A stretch of 64,000 nucleotides of DNA, from assembly GCF_024521635.1 (NCBI RefSeq), contig NW_026250403.1:1736001-1800000 (forward strand). Reading direction: 5' to 3'. The DNA comes from Tricharina praecox (taxonomy: Eukaryota). Made by a program: the position numbers and the translations under genes. The first letter of the stretch is position 1. Each line of letters begins with the position of its first letter. Below the pieces are notes generated by a model. That model was not told the origin of the DNA, ran no database searches, and was given only the letters and a program-made list of their open reading frames with translations. Of the stretch, positions 37,631 to 48,262 are shown piece after piece.

Positions 37631-39696
37631 TATGGGCACATATCTAGGGGCCGGGCTGATGTTTTGCGCGGTAGGTACCTATGGAGGACGGAGTTGATCG
37701 GGGCAACTGCCAGTTGCACTCGGAGGGGTTTGAGTCATCCATCGAACTGTATGTACTCAGTACATAAAAAATCCAAAGCGGCTTGCATACCGTACCGTAG
37801 TTGTTCGCAAAGCACAGCCCTCTCCTCTTCCCTACTCTGGGGTCTGGGGGAGAAAGAGCGCTCGGTAGCACTCGCGCACCGGCGAACCCCGGATCGCCAG
37901 CGGCCGCCGGAGAATACCTACGGTATCCAGCAGACGGGTAGGGTTTGATATTTACGATGTGGGTGGTCTGAACTTTCGGTCGGCCTGCAGCTGTGACGAA
38001 CGAATGCAGGGGGTGCCCGTAGCGGCGGGGAGGGGGTGAGGGGTACATGTGTTATACCGCGGCGGAAATCTGATATCTGTTAGCATCGTGGGAGAGGCCC
38101 ATAACTCCAGGTTCTGATATGTACTCTACATACATGCTAAGTGTAACATTTTCCGGTGGAAGGAGATGGATATAGGTACCCAAGGGAAAGTCGACGCGGT
38201 AACTCTGTTGTATGTAGTGATCTTGTCCGCTTCGGAGCGCTGATCAGGATGCATCTCATTCATACACAGTAACTCGGGAGCATATTCGGAGGGGATTGTG
38301 GATACCTTCAATCTGATACACGGGAGGAAGTATGCTTACTTTCTGCTTGATACCTCCCTCCCCTCTCGTTCCTGAAGATCTCTCTTTAAGCCACAATGAA
38401 CCCACACGGCGTCCGGGGTAGAGTGTGATGTGATGCGATGGATGGCATGATGGAGATGCAAAGACAATGTGCCTATGTCCCGACAGTGGTGGTGACATGG
38501 ACTCCCAAGTTCATTCCTTGAATATCCTCCGTAATTCTTTGGTCATTCCATCTGACCGGAGCATGGGACAAGATGGATACATAAGCATGTACTTGCGAGT
38601 AGATTTCATGGCAATATCCACACCCGAAGCACTGTCCCACGGAATGTTCCCAGCCAAAGCCCAGTTTTTCAACTGATGGGAATGTCATCCGACCCCAGAG
38701 TGTGCATATGGATTCCCGATCTGAAAGGTCTTTTTTTCTTGGGAACTGCAGCGAGTGGCACCGCAGGAATCCCGAAAACCAAGCGGGCCATACATACCAT
38801 ACATTAGTTAAAACACCGAGTGCATCAACGGCCCTCCAGAATGAACTTGGTGCTCGTCGTAGTCACACAGTTCATGCACAGGCCGCGCGGGGGAGATATT
38901 GATTATCTCCAATCTACGAGCCTCTATCCGTGACATCGAGGAGTCTGCCTGATCGGCTGGCTTTGATGATTCTATTCTTGAGAGGCACCGAAGGAAACTA
39001 TACGCAAATCCCGAGGCTCCCACACAGACGAGCGCTATGCACTTATGCATCATCCCCTGTTGATCCCCAGGTAAGTCCGGTACCTGCATACCTTATTGTT
39101 AATAGGTAACATCGACATCAAGGTCGGCGGTTACATAATACATCGCGGTGCATTCCCGCCCCCAAGGGCGCATGCATCGGTACCCCCGGTGTCGGGCCCG
39201 CGAAGATTAACCTTCAAAGGTCTCCGGTGGCGGAGATGTCTGCATGCCTCGGTCGTGGCCGCTCGCTTACGGACGTCATATGAAAGTCGCGCCTCTAGCG
39301 TTTCCGATTGATGGTAGCCGCCTTCGTGTTGGTCAGTGGTGATCATCTTCGCGGAGCCTTGTATGAGTTTTAGCTTACGGTGAAGACTCTAAATCAGAGT
39401 GCACACCATGAATCCGGGTTTGCAAGCAGGGACTGGGGATTGAACCTGGAAATGAGCTTTATCGACAATACCATCATTTGCAAACTCCGCTCAAACTCCC
39501 CGAAGCGCGGCACATGTGAGATCGAAGTCCGCCAGTAGAACTGAGGGTATCGAGGAGATATAAAGCTCACTTCCATTCCCCTATCATATTGCCCTCTATT
39601 CACCGGTTTAAACCAGCCTCGAAGGCAGAACAACTCACCAGCATACATTCTTTCCCCAGCTTTGACAGCCACAACACATTCATTCATTCGTTCACC

Positions 39697-40849
39697 ATGC
39701 GGATCTCCGCCGTCCTCCTCCTTTCGTTCTTGTCGATCGTCTCGGCCGCCCCCATCGCCGAGCCGGAAGCCGAGCCGTGCACATCCGCCGGTGCGGCCCA
39801 TGTACATGGCCTTGCCGTGCCGTCCATTGCTGCTGGATCTCCGGTAGTTGCCCTTCCGAGCGGTGCTTCGAAGCCTCCGGCTTCGCCGTTCACTCCCAGT
39901 GCGACAGATACTCCAACCACTGGCACTCCCACCATCCCTGATTTGAGTGGACTTACTGGAGGCACTACTACTGGCGTCGCCGGTGGTCTTAGTGGGCTGA
40001 GTGGTCTCGGTGGACTCGGTGGAACGACTGGTACTGGTACTAGTACTACTGGTGGTCTCGGGGGTCTCAGTGAACTCCTAAGTGGTCTCGGCGGAGGTAC
40101 TGGTACTGGTACTGGTTCTGGTGGGCTCAGTGAACTCATAAGTGGTCTCGGCGGAGGTACTGGTGGAAGTACCAGTGGTCTCGGGGGTCTCAGTGGCCTT
40201 GCAGGCCTCGGTAGCGGCACAGCACTTCCCACCGGTTTAGCCGCGGCCAGCGGCTCCACTGTGGCCCCCTCAGCCGACGGCTGCCCTCCTCTCGAGCTCA
40301 TCTTCGCCCGCGGTACGACCGAGCCGCAGGGCCTCGGAACTGTCGGTTCCCCGCTCGCCAAGAATCTCGCCTCCCTCCTCCCCGGCGCAACCTCGTACGC
40401 CGTCGTGTACCCAGCCAGTGCAGACTTCCTGGGGTCAGCTGGTAAGGGATCCACCGACGCCACCGCGCGTATCACCGCTCGCGCAAAGGAGTGTCCCAGC
40501 ATGAAATTCGCCATCGGCGGTTATTCCCAGGGTAAATTTCCCCTTCCCTTGCACCTAAAATTACCAGATCACCACTGACAAGTGCGCAGGAGCAATGGTC
40601 GTGCACGGCATGAAGCTCAGCGACGACCTCAAGGCGCGAGTCGCTGCGATCGCCGTTTTCGGTGATCCATACACCAGCATGAGCGGCAGTGGCATGGCAG
40701 CATGGCCTATCACAGATGCCACGAACGTATACAAGAACTGCAAGTCGGGCGACCCGGTGTGCGGTGGTGGCGCCAACTTCATGGCGCATCTGGGTTATGG
40801 GCCGGATATTCCTACTGCGGCCAAGTTCATTGTCGAAAGGGCGGCTTAA
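39697..40849 (+). CDS. Secreted cutinase (CE5) with long Gly/Thr/Ser/Leu-rich N-terminal extension; one intron at the end of GYSQG
   Basis: Signal peptide; IFARGTTEP, GGYSQG|A, FGDP, GDPVC, AHLGY (Ser-Asp-His triad). Confidence 0.92.
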
Positions 40850-41035
40850 ACGGAGGCTGTGCGGGAGGGAATTGAAGAGTTGTTGATGTTGGAGGCCGGA
40901 ACTTGGTGTCTGCGCGGGATTGTAAAATAGTTGTAACGATGGGGTCCCTCGAGGGCGACGTGCATGAATGTACAATACTCCCGTAATGAGGTCTTTGAAT
41001 CATATTTGCAATAGCTGGATAATTTTGTATCTATC

Positions 41036-41136
41036 TCCGCCGTGGTGTAGTGGTTAGCATTGGTCGCTTTCATTGACAGAAACTTCTTCTAAAATCAAGT
41101 GCCGACTAGACCCGGGTTCAATTCCCGGCGGCGGAA
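41036..41136 (+). tRNA. tRNA-Glu(TTC) with 29-nt intron (41073-41101)
   Basis: Acceptor TCCGCCG/CGGCGGA; anticodon arm GGTCG-CT TTC A^C-CGACT; T-arm CCGGG-TTCAATT-CCCGG; TTTTT terminator at 41141. Confidence 0.93.
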
Positions 41137-42272
41137 ATCCTTTTTGTTCCTCCCTTCCCTGGCAAAGTTAAATGAGTGAATGAGTAATCCAAGGCGAGAC
41201 TACCGTCAACACTGCGAAGACCATCGGGGACGCAAAAGTAATAATAGAGATTCGATACCGTTATTCGACAAGAAGGATTGGAATGTGTCCTTTTTTATGT
41301 AACCACCATGTCCAACGAAGCGATAAAACGCCGCGCAGACCCCACATTGAACCACCTCGGTGAATGGTGGGGTATTATTGCGTAGGAAGTTTCACAGCCG
41401 GTAAGTTGGGCCGGGAGCTGAAGAGCGCACTGCGCATGCAGTTCTAGACAATACCGTATGTAAGTGCGGAAGGCTTCGAAGCTATGTACCTTCATGCAAC
41501 GAGAAAACTCGCTCGCTACACCTGTAGAAGCCGATTCAGGGTCGCCTGCTTCTCTGGGACATCAGCCAGCTAGAAGCGCAAGCAGAAACGGATAGTGAGA
41601 GGAAGGCGAATTATAAAGGTACTTCTAAACGATCCACGCATGGCTGGCCGGCTCATGGATATATGATGTTCTTCCGTGGTGAATGCTAGTGCAGGCAATT
41701 GGGCTTGCGATTGGTTTTGGCGCTCCTCCGGACCCAGTCTTTTTTTCCGGCGTGTATGAAGCTATATATCCGATGAGCTTCTTCTTCCCCGCCATCGGAA
41801 TAGCTCTGCGGGGCGGCACAGGCACCGGCATGCGCAATTAATCCGGTCGCTTGAGCTATTTGGTTACCCATTACTTACTCAATAAAAGAACGGCGTTGTA
41901 AAGCATTCTCAGGTCTCCTCTATCGATTGGTGAGCTCGCCAAAAGGTTTAGCCGATTTACCAATCTGCCCCACTTTAACCCCGCATTTCAGCCCCACCAT
42001 TGCCGGAATCTGACTGGTGGATTAACATGTCGGCTCTCCCAACCGTGGCTGGAGCTTTCCGTAGCGGATTTATGGCAAGTTCCCGTCTTTCGGCCCTGCC
42101 ATTGCTGGTTCTTCCTCGGCCTACAGTACAAGCATGTTGTCAGCGATTCCTCCTCAAAACCTCAGCGCCGTCGCAGAAATTGAGCTCCCTTCCTTCCTCC
42201 TCCTTCTCCACTAGTTACCAGACGCCTAGCACTCAACACTACTCTCCCAATTTCGACACTCTCTACAACACG

Positions 42273-43352
42273 ATGGAGCCCTTCACATACACGCAGAACC
42301 CATCACGGGTTATCTTCGGCAGCGGCACACTCAAGCAGCTTCCTACGGAGCTCACCCGACAGAACCTCAGCAAGCCGCTGCTCCTGACGACGCCCGAGCA
42401 GGTGTCCCAGGGAGAGATGGTCCAGTCGCTGCTGACCGACTTCACCGTGGCCGGTATCTTCTCGCAGGCAACGATGCACACACCCACCGAGGTCACCGAC
42501 AAGGCCCTCGAGTACATGAAGTCGACCGCCGCCGACTGCCTCATCTCCATCGGCGGAGGCTCCACCATCGGCCTGGGCAAGGCCATGAGCATCCGCACCG
42601 GCCTCCCTCACATCTGCATTCCCACCACATACGCCGGGTCCGAGATGACACCGATCCTCGGCGAGACCGCCGCCGGCGTCAAGAAGACCCGCAGCGACCC
42701 CAAGATCCTCCCCGGCACCGTCGTGTACGACGTCGACCTGACGATGACGCTCCCCGTCGGCATGAGCAGCACATCGGGCGTCAACGCGATCGCGCACGCC
42801 GTCGAGGCGCTGTACGCAACCAACGCCAACCCCGTCACCTCGCTCCTCGCGCTCGAAGGCATCCGGGCGCTCGCCATCGCCCTCCCACAGATCGTCGCGT
42901 CGCCGCAGTCCCCCGAGGCGCGCCAGCTGGCGCTCTACGGCGCATGGCTGTGCGGCTCCTGTCTCGGCTCCGTCGGCATGTCGCTGCACCACAAGCTCTG
43001 CCACACCCTCGGCGGAACCTTCAACCTCCCCCACGCACAGACACATACCATCGTGCTGCCACACGCCCTCGCTTACAACTTGCCCGGCCTGGCGCCGGAG
43101 GTGCAGAAGCGGCTCGGCGATGCGTTCCCGGAGAGCAATGGCGACCCCATCCGCGGCCTGAATGTGCTGCTGGAGAAGCTCGGTGTCGAGAAGGCGCTCA
43201 AGGCGTACGGCATGAAGGAGGAGGATGTTGATAAGGCGGCGGACCTGGCCGTGGCAAACCCCTACGCCAACCCGAGAAAGGTGGAGAGAGACGGTGTCCG
43301 GGAGGTTATTCGACGAGCGTGGGCGGGTGAGCCGGCGAAGCAGGACTTGTAA
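42273..43352 (+). CDS. Maleylacetate reductase (iron-containing ADH family); in-frame upstream ATGs at 42028 and 42072
   Basis: ATMHTP, GGGSTIGLGKA, PTTYAGSEMT, NAIAHAVEALY, LHHKLCHTLGG, LPHAQTH, YANPR; intronless. Confidence 0.93.
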   Translation: MEPFTYTQNPSRVIFGSGTLKQLPTELTRQNLSKPLLLTTPEQVSQGEMVQSLLTDFTVAGIFSQATMHTPTEVTDKALEYMKSTAADCLISIGGGSTIGLGKAMSIRTGLPHICIPTTYAGSEMTPILGETAAGVKKTRSDPKILPGTVVYDVDLTMTLPVGMSSTSGVNAIAHAVEALYATNANPVTSLLALEGIRALAIALPQIVASPQSPEARQLALYGAWLCGSCLGSVGMSLHHKLCHTLGGTFNLPHAQTHTIVLPHALAYNLPGLAPEVQKRLGDAFPESNGDPIRGLNVLLEKLGVEKALKAYGMKEEDVDKAADLAVANPYANPRKVERDGVREVIRRAWAGEPAKQDL

Positions 43353-43611
43353 GGCTGAAGTAGTAGCATTCTGTAAAGTAGTTTGTGGTTTCTGGTTCGG
43401 TTTGAACAAAAGAAATGTAAAGGTTATTCAATGATTGTGTTTTTATATCACCTCGCAATGAAAACTTCCGTGAGCGATAATAGGTAGTCGAGAGGAGATG
43501 ATGGACAATTCTTCGCCGAGGGCTCGACGTCACCGGCAGAAAGCAACTCCTAGTCACAATTATAGCACTATATTAATTCATATAGCGTTATGCATTCACA
43601 TCAGCATCAAT

Positions 43612-43685
43612 GGTTTCATGGTGTAGTTGGTTATCACATGTGTCTAACACACACAAGGTCCCCAGATCGAGCCTGGGTGAAATCA
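43612..43685 (+). tRNA. tRNA-Val(AAC), copy 3
   Basis: Identical 74-nt body to copies 1 and 2; TTTTT trailer. Confidence 0.95.
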
Positions 43686-43816
43686 ATTGATCTTTTTACC
43701 TTCCTCATCACTCGCAGCGTGGTAGCTGCAGTTCATGTCGCAGATAATTCTTTTGTTTCGTGAAAATCTCGTGAAAACAGAATCATCAGTCATTTCCGAG
43801 ACTCGCACCCAGCTCC

Positions 43817-44713
43817 TCAGATATCCTTCCTATTCTCTTCACCCAGCACCTCCCCCTCCGAAAAATCAATCGTGGCATCCTTCCACCACACTCCGAGACG
43901 AACCGGCTGCACCTTCGGAAACGCTACACCATCCGCCCACTCACCATCCCCCAGGGCACCTTTCGCCCACGCCCCACCCCCAGTGCCCCTAACATACGGA
44001 TTGACACCATACCACTTATCACTCGCGGTCCTCTCGACCTCCGCGCCCCTCGGTAGGGGAGGATGAACGACCGCCAAGTCGATAGGACTGAACGCGGTAC
44101 TCAGCGGCATGGTGACGCCCCACACGGCAGGCTTCAAATCCACAGCGAAAAACGGCTTCGCATCATCGCCGTCTCCCGCCTCGCGCAGCTCGACGCGCGA
44201 GCACATCCCGCCGTCCTCGTCGCCCACGAACCGGAACCTCGCTACCTTCTTGGCGATCCCCCAGTTCCGCCGGCCGTTGTATGTGCTTGCCGCAGAGGAT
44301 ACGTAGATACGTGTTATTCGCAGCTTGGATCCACCGCCGACCGACGGGGGCAGAGAGAAATAGCCGGGGATGAAAAATAGCTCGTCGTATGGGCCTGTGC
44401 AGCGCGGGGTGGGGGTTAGTGCCGACGTACTTACTGATGGGATGTGCGGCGAGGTGGAAAGAGGGGACTTACCGACGGGGGAGTCCTTATACCGCAGAAT
44501 GGTGACGGAGCCGAAGCCGCCCGTGAACGTCCCTGTCTCAGCCGAGGCGAACGGCGAGTCTGCCTCGAGCGGGTCGTAGGAGCCGGGGGGCAGCGGAGTG
44601 CTGGCGGAGCTGTGGGTGAGGAAGAGGTAGCCCGTGGCTTTCATACCATTCCATGGAGGTGGCGCGAGCGGGAATGGATGCGATTCCGGTTCCGAGGATG
44701 ATGATGATGCCAT
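43817..44713 (-). CDS. Acetoacetate decarboxylase-like fold protein; in-frame intron 44472-44395
   Basis: APPPW, RYKDSPVG|PYDEL, ITRIYVS, NGRRNWGIAKKVARF. Confidence 0.75.
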   Translation of the reverse strand: MASSSSSEPESHPFPLAPPPWNGMKATGYLFLTHSSASTPLPPGSYDPLEADSPFASAETGTFTGGFGSVTILRYKDSPVGKSPLSTSPHIPSVSTSALTPTPRCTGPYDELFFIPGYFSLPPSVGGGSKLRITRIYVSSAASTYNGRRNWGIAKKVARFRFVGDEDGGMCSRVELREAGDGDDAKPFFAVDLKPAVWGVTMPLSTAFSPIDLAVVHPPLPRGAEVERTASDKWYGVNPYVRGTGGGAWAKGALGDGEWADGVAFPKVQPVRLGVWWKDATIDFSEGEVLGEENRKDI

Positions 44714-45156
44714 TGTGTTGCGTGATGAGTGTCGGAACTGGCTGTGGGACAGGTGGGTTTTATACAGAGCGGGTTATATACACAGCTCGTGGGGCTCGCT
44801 TAGAACACTGTTGACAGTTGCGGCGTGCGCGGGAGCGGCGTGCTGCAGATCCGGTGGTGTGCACTATATATCTATGCTTGTGCTACTTTCCCTGCATAGC
44901 AGCTCGTCATGTGGCGATGTATCATAGGAAGGAGGGCAGGCGAGAGCGCATGGTGTCAACGATTCTCGGCGTATGCCTGGCGCATGTGCCAACTTGGTGC
45001 GTGGTTCACAGAATATCACTCGAGCGGGTTTCTCCGTGTGGAGAATTACAGATGAATCTCCCACGATTTTTTTGTTTATGCTGAAATACATAAATTTACA
45101 TAAATCTACCATCTCCGTCTTAAACCCCATACGGCCATAGTTATGCCGACCGGAAT

Positions 45157-46004
45157 TTAACCCGACCAGACGGTAGGGCCAGGAATGGTGTAGGTCTGTC
45201 GTGTTGTCAGTTTCGCGTACCGCGCACAAGCTCGGAGAAAAACTTACACCAGTGCCCTGGTAAATATCGAAAATAACACCCGCGCTGGTTCCACCGTACG
45301 CACCGGGGAATGCGACCTTCGAGCTGGGGCCAGTAGCGCTTCCACTGCCGGAAACCGTGATCTGGAAGCAACTTGGGTACACCTGGATACCGGGGTATGT
45401 CCACGCAGAGTGGAGCGAGATCAACTCGTGGCGGACAATGTATTGTCCTGCTGCTAGCGACGAGGGGACGGTGAAGGTGTAGGCCTTGCCCGTGATGAAG
45501 TCATCGGACGCCCAGGTGCCATCGGAGCGTTTCTGTGAACTGTCAGTACTAGGAGTGAGAAGAGGGGACGGGAATACTTACGCCTTCCTCCTTGATCTTG
45601 AACCACACGGCGGCGGTGCCGGGGGAGTAGGCCGAGCAGGCGCCGGGACACTTGGCAAGGTACGTAACGACCGGGCCCTTGTGGGAGTCGGGCCAAGTAG
45701 TCCAGTGCAGACTGATGCTCGATCCAGCCGTAACCGGGGCGGTCAGGGGGGCCGGAGCCGAGCCGGAGTTCAGGTAACCGCCGCACTGCATATCGACGGA
45801 AGTGAGGTCCTCGACCGGGCCGTTTCCGGCGATCTTGCGGAAGATCCTCTCCGGAGGCACACTGTAGTAGGGGTCCGAGTAGGGCTGGTAGCCGGTATAT
45901 GTGACGCCTCCGATGGTTGCATCGTTGACGTATCCGTGCGCCGAGACGCTGAGAGCGTTCAGGAGGACGCTGAGGCCGGTGAGGGAAAGGAGTGAGGTGT
46001 ACAT
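45157..46004 (-). CDS. AA9 lytic polysaccharide monooxygenase (formerly GH61), 3 exons, no CBM
   Basis: Signal peptide then His1 (HGYV), WPDSHKGP, WFKI, VRHELISLH, QVYPSCFQI, YTIPGP. Confidence 0.96.
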
Positions 46005-46265
46005 GATTGTAATGGCAGGCGATCTGGTGGCTGAAGACTCGGATGGCTGTACTGTAGAAAGTCGAGAGGAAACCGGAGATTATATAGCGATGGACCAGTC
46101 GGTGCGTATTGGGCGTATACTCGCATTCATTACGTTCACATCCATACTCACGGTAACTATTGCCATGAATCCCGTCGTATCGGTTTGTCGATAGTAGATT
46201 TTATAGAGCCAAGCATTCAGGATCATGAGAAATCTCACGTCGAGTGCATGTGTAGGCGAGACGGA

Positions 46266-46769
46266 CTGGGGTGTGGGGAACAACGCCTGTCTATTCCGAA
46301 CAGCGACCCCCAGTCGAATATCGTTCCTGTTTCCGAATCATGCACCGTTAGCGGCACGTGTCGTCGCTGCGCGGATGTGGGGAGTGTATTCTCCGGCTGG
46401 GTCTGGGGTAACCACATGGGAGCTCCGCCAGACGTCATCTCGCCTTCCCCTTTGCGGAATCCGGGGCCGCGGGTGAAGTGTAGGCGCTTATTTTATTGCA
46501 CGACAATTCCACAGTCGTGGAAGGGTGTCACTGGGTGTTGCTGGGCTGCTGGGGTAAAGTAGGAGCTGCTATGGGGGCAACCAACTAGCTGGATACTATA
46601 TTCCGCCTAGACGGTTAAACGAAAGCTGTCGTAAGACGAGACGAGATGCCGGACCGACGGAGCGGGGCGGAGGGGAATCGCGAGGAGTGCCGTTAATATT
46701 AAATTCCACCCGGCTGTAGCGTCGTGGGTGATGCAGAGACTGCTCGGTTCAATTGTTTCCGGCGTGGGG
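46266..46769. promoter_or_regulatory. Cluster of SYGGRG (CreA/Cre1-type) sites upstream of the AA9 gene
   Basis: Matches at about 46266, 46273, 46377, 46403, 46461, 46549, 46662, 46667 and 46764. Confidence 0.5.
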
Positions 46770-47263
46770 AATTTGACAGGATCGTGGTCGTGGGTGTCTA
46801 TCTGTTTCTAGGCGGGTAAAGGAGATGAAGGTACTGCCGACTGGCAGGCCGGCCCTGAGAGTGTCATGGGTTCACCTTCGGCGTGAACAGGAGTGGTCTG
46901 GGCCAGGGGGCACGCTGTAAGCAGTCGATGGAGTATCACTCGGGGTCGGATTGTATGGAACATTTCCGCACGGATCAGCAGTGAGGACTGTACGGCCGCC
47001 GGAGCGACGAAAACACAACTTGCTTCTGTGGTTTGGCTGGGGCTGGACGTTTGCCAGTACCTCGTTAGTAACTGCTCGTGGAGGTTCCCGACCTAGCCGG
47101 AGCGAGCGAGTCAAACGTTGAAGTACATGGTTCCAAACCGAGAAATATTAAACGATTCATAACAAAGACTCCATAGTGCCATGCCCTGCCATCGACTTCT
47201 CCCTGTACACAAGCACTCATCCCCATGCCACTCTTCCCATGTTCCACTGCACACCTACGTCTC

Positions 47264-48262
47264 TCATGCTACCTCATACCGCACATAATCTTCGGGCAAC
47301 TCCCCCGGCGGCTGCATTGGAGTGTGGCGAGGGTCAACATCCTTCATTTGCTGCGATTGCGCGAGATACATCGGGGGCTCCTGATACTGCTGTTGCCGTG
47401 GAAAAGTCTGCGGATGCTGCATATAGGGCTGAACATGGCCGGTACCACCAGGAGTCGGTGCGGCGGTCGCGGCAGCAGCGGCAGTAGCACTCTTCGTTTT
47501 GCTACGTCGAATACAAAACCATGCGGCCAGCCCTAGCAGCAGAAGGCCTCCCACCATGCCCACAACGATGCCGACAATTGTCACCGTATTCGACCCTGGC
47601 TCACTTGCGCTGGTGCTAGTGCTGGCGGTGGTCAGGCCGGTGAATGGAGCAGTAGGCGCGCCGAAATGGGCTGTAACGTTGACCTGCAATACGGAGCCAT
47701 CGATCAACATCATGTCCTTGTCCTCTCAGAAGCAAGAAGGCTTATCAAAGTCGCCAGCAAACTGCTGTCCACATCCAACGGTGGAGACTCACATGCCTCC
47801 CTCCCCGGCACAGCGTCGAGCGTGAGAAACCCGACCTTTCCCTTATCGCAACAGAAATACTGGGTGCCATCGAGGGCGCTTTCTCACTTGAAGAGGTGGT
47901 AGTCAGGATGGGTACAGGATGGTTGTACCTCCACGAGACGGAACAGTCGACATCTATCACACCATCAACGACAATGAACAAAGAAGATGATGGCGGGCTG
48001 ATTTACCTGTAGGAAAACATGACGGTGTCCCATTACCTACACAATGTGAAGTTGATGGACAGCACCATTTCATGCCCGAACTCTCGACTCCGCAGTCTAG
48101 CAGGTCGTTGGGACAGGACAGTGCTCGTAACGCTGCGGTGCCGAGGAAGTCTGCACGACCGTGTAGGTAGCTGGAAGAGATGGGATATGCCCTATAGGCC
48201 TCTACGGCCGTCGCCATCGCGGAGAAGAAGAAGGAGACCGCAAGTTTGCTAGTGGAAACCAT
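47264..48262 (-). pseudogene. Disabled gene for a Cys-rich single-pass cell-surface protein
   Basis: Signal peptide, CCP/YFCC ectodomain, Thr/Ser stalk, TM and Gln/Pro tail, but with a frameshift near 47940, an in-frame TGA at 47886-47884 and a GT>AT donor at 47745. Confidence 0.7.

Noticed and set aside
15866..43352. Dioxygenase plus maleylacetate reductase as a hydroxyquinol pathway cluster
   Set aside because: They are 25 kb apart with unrelated genes between, and the dioxygenase is the secreted type.
42303..43409. Long antisense ORFs (also 50125-51240, 23973-24761, 39684-40514, 6581-7168)
   Set aside because: Shadows of GC3-biased sense genes, with no recognisable motifs.
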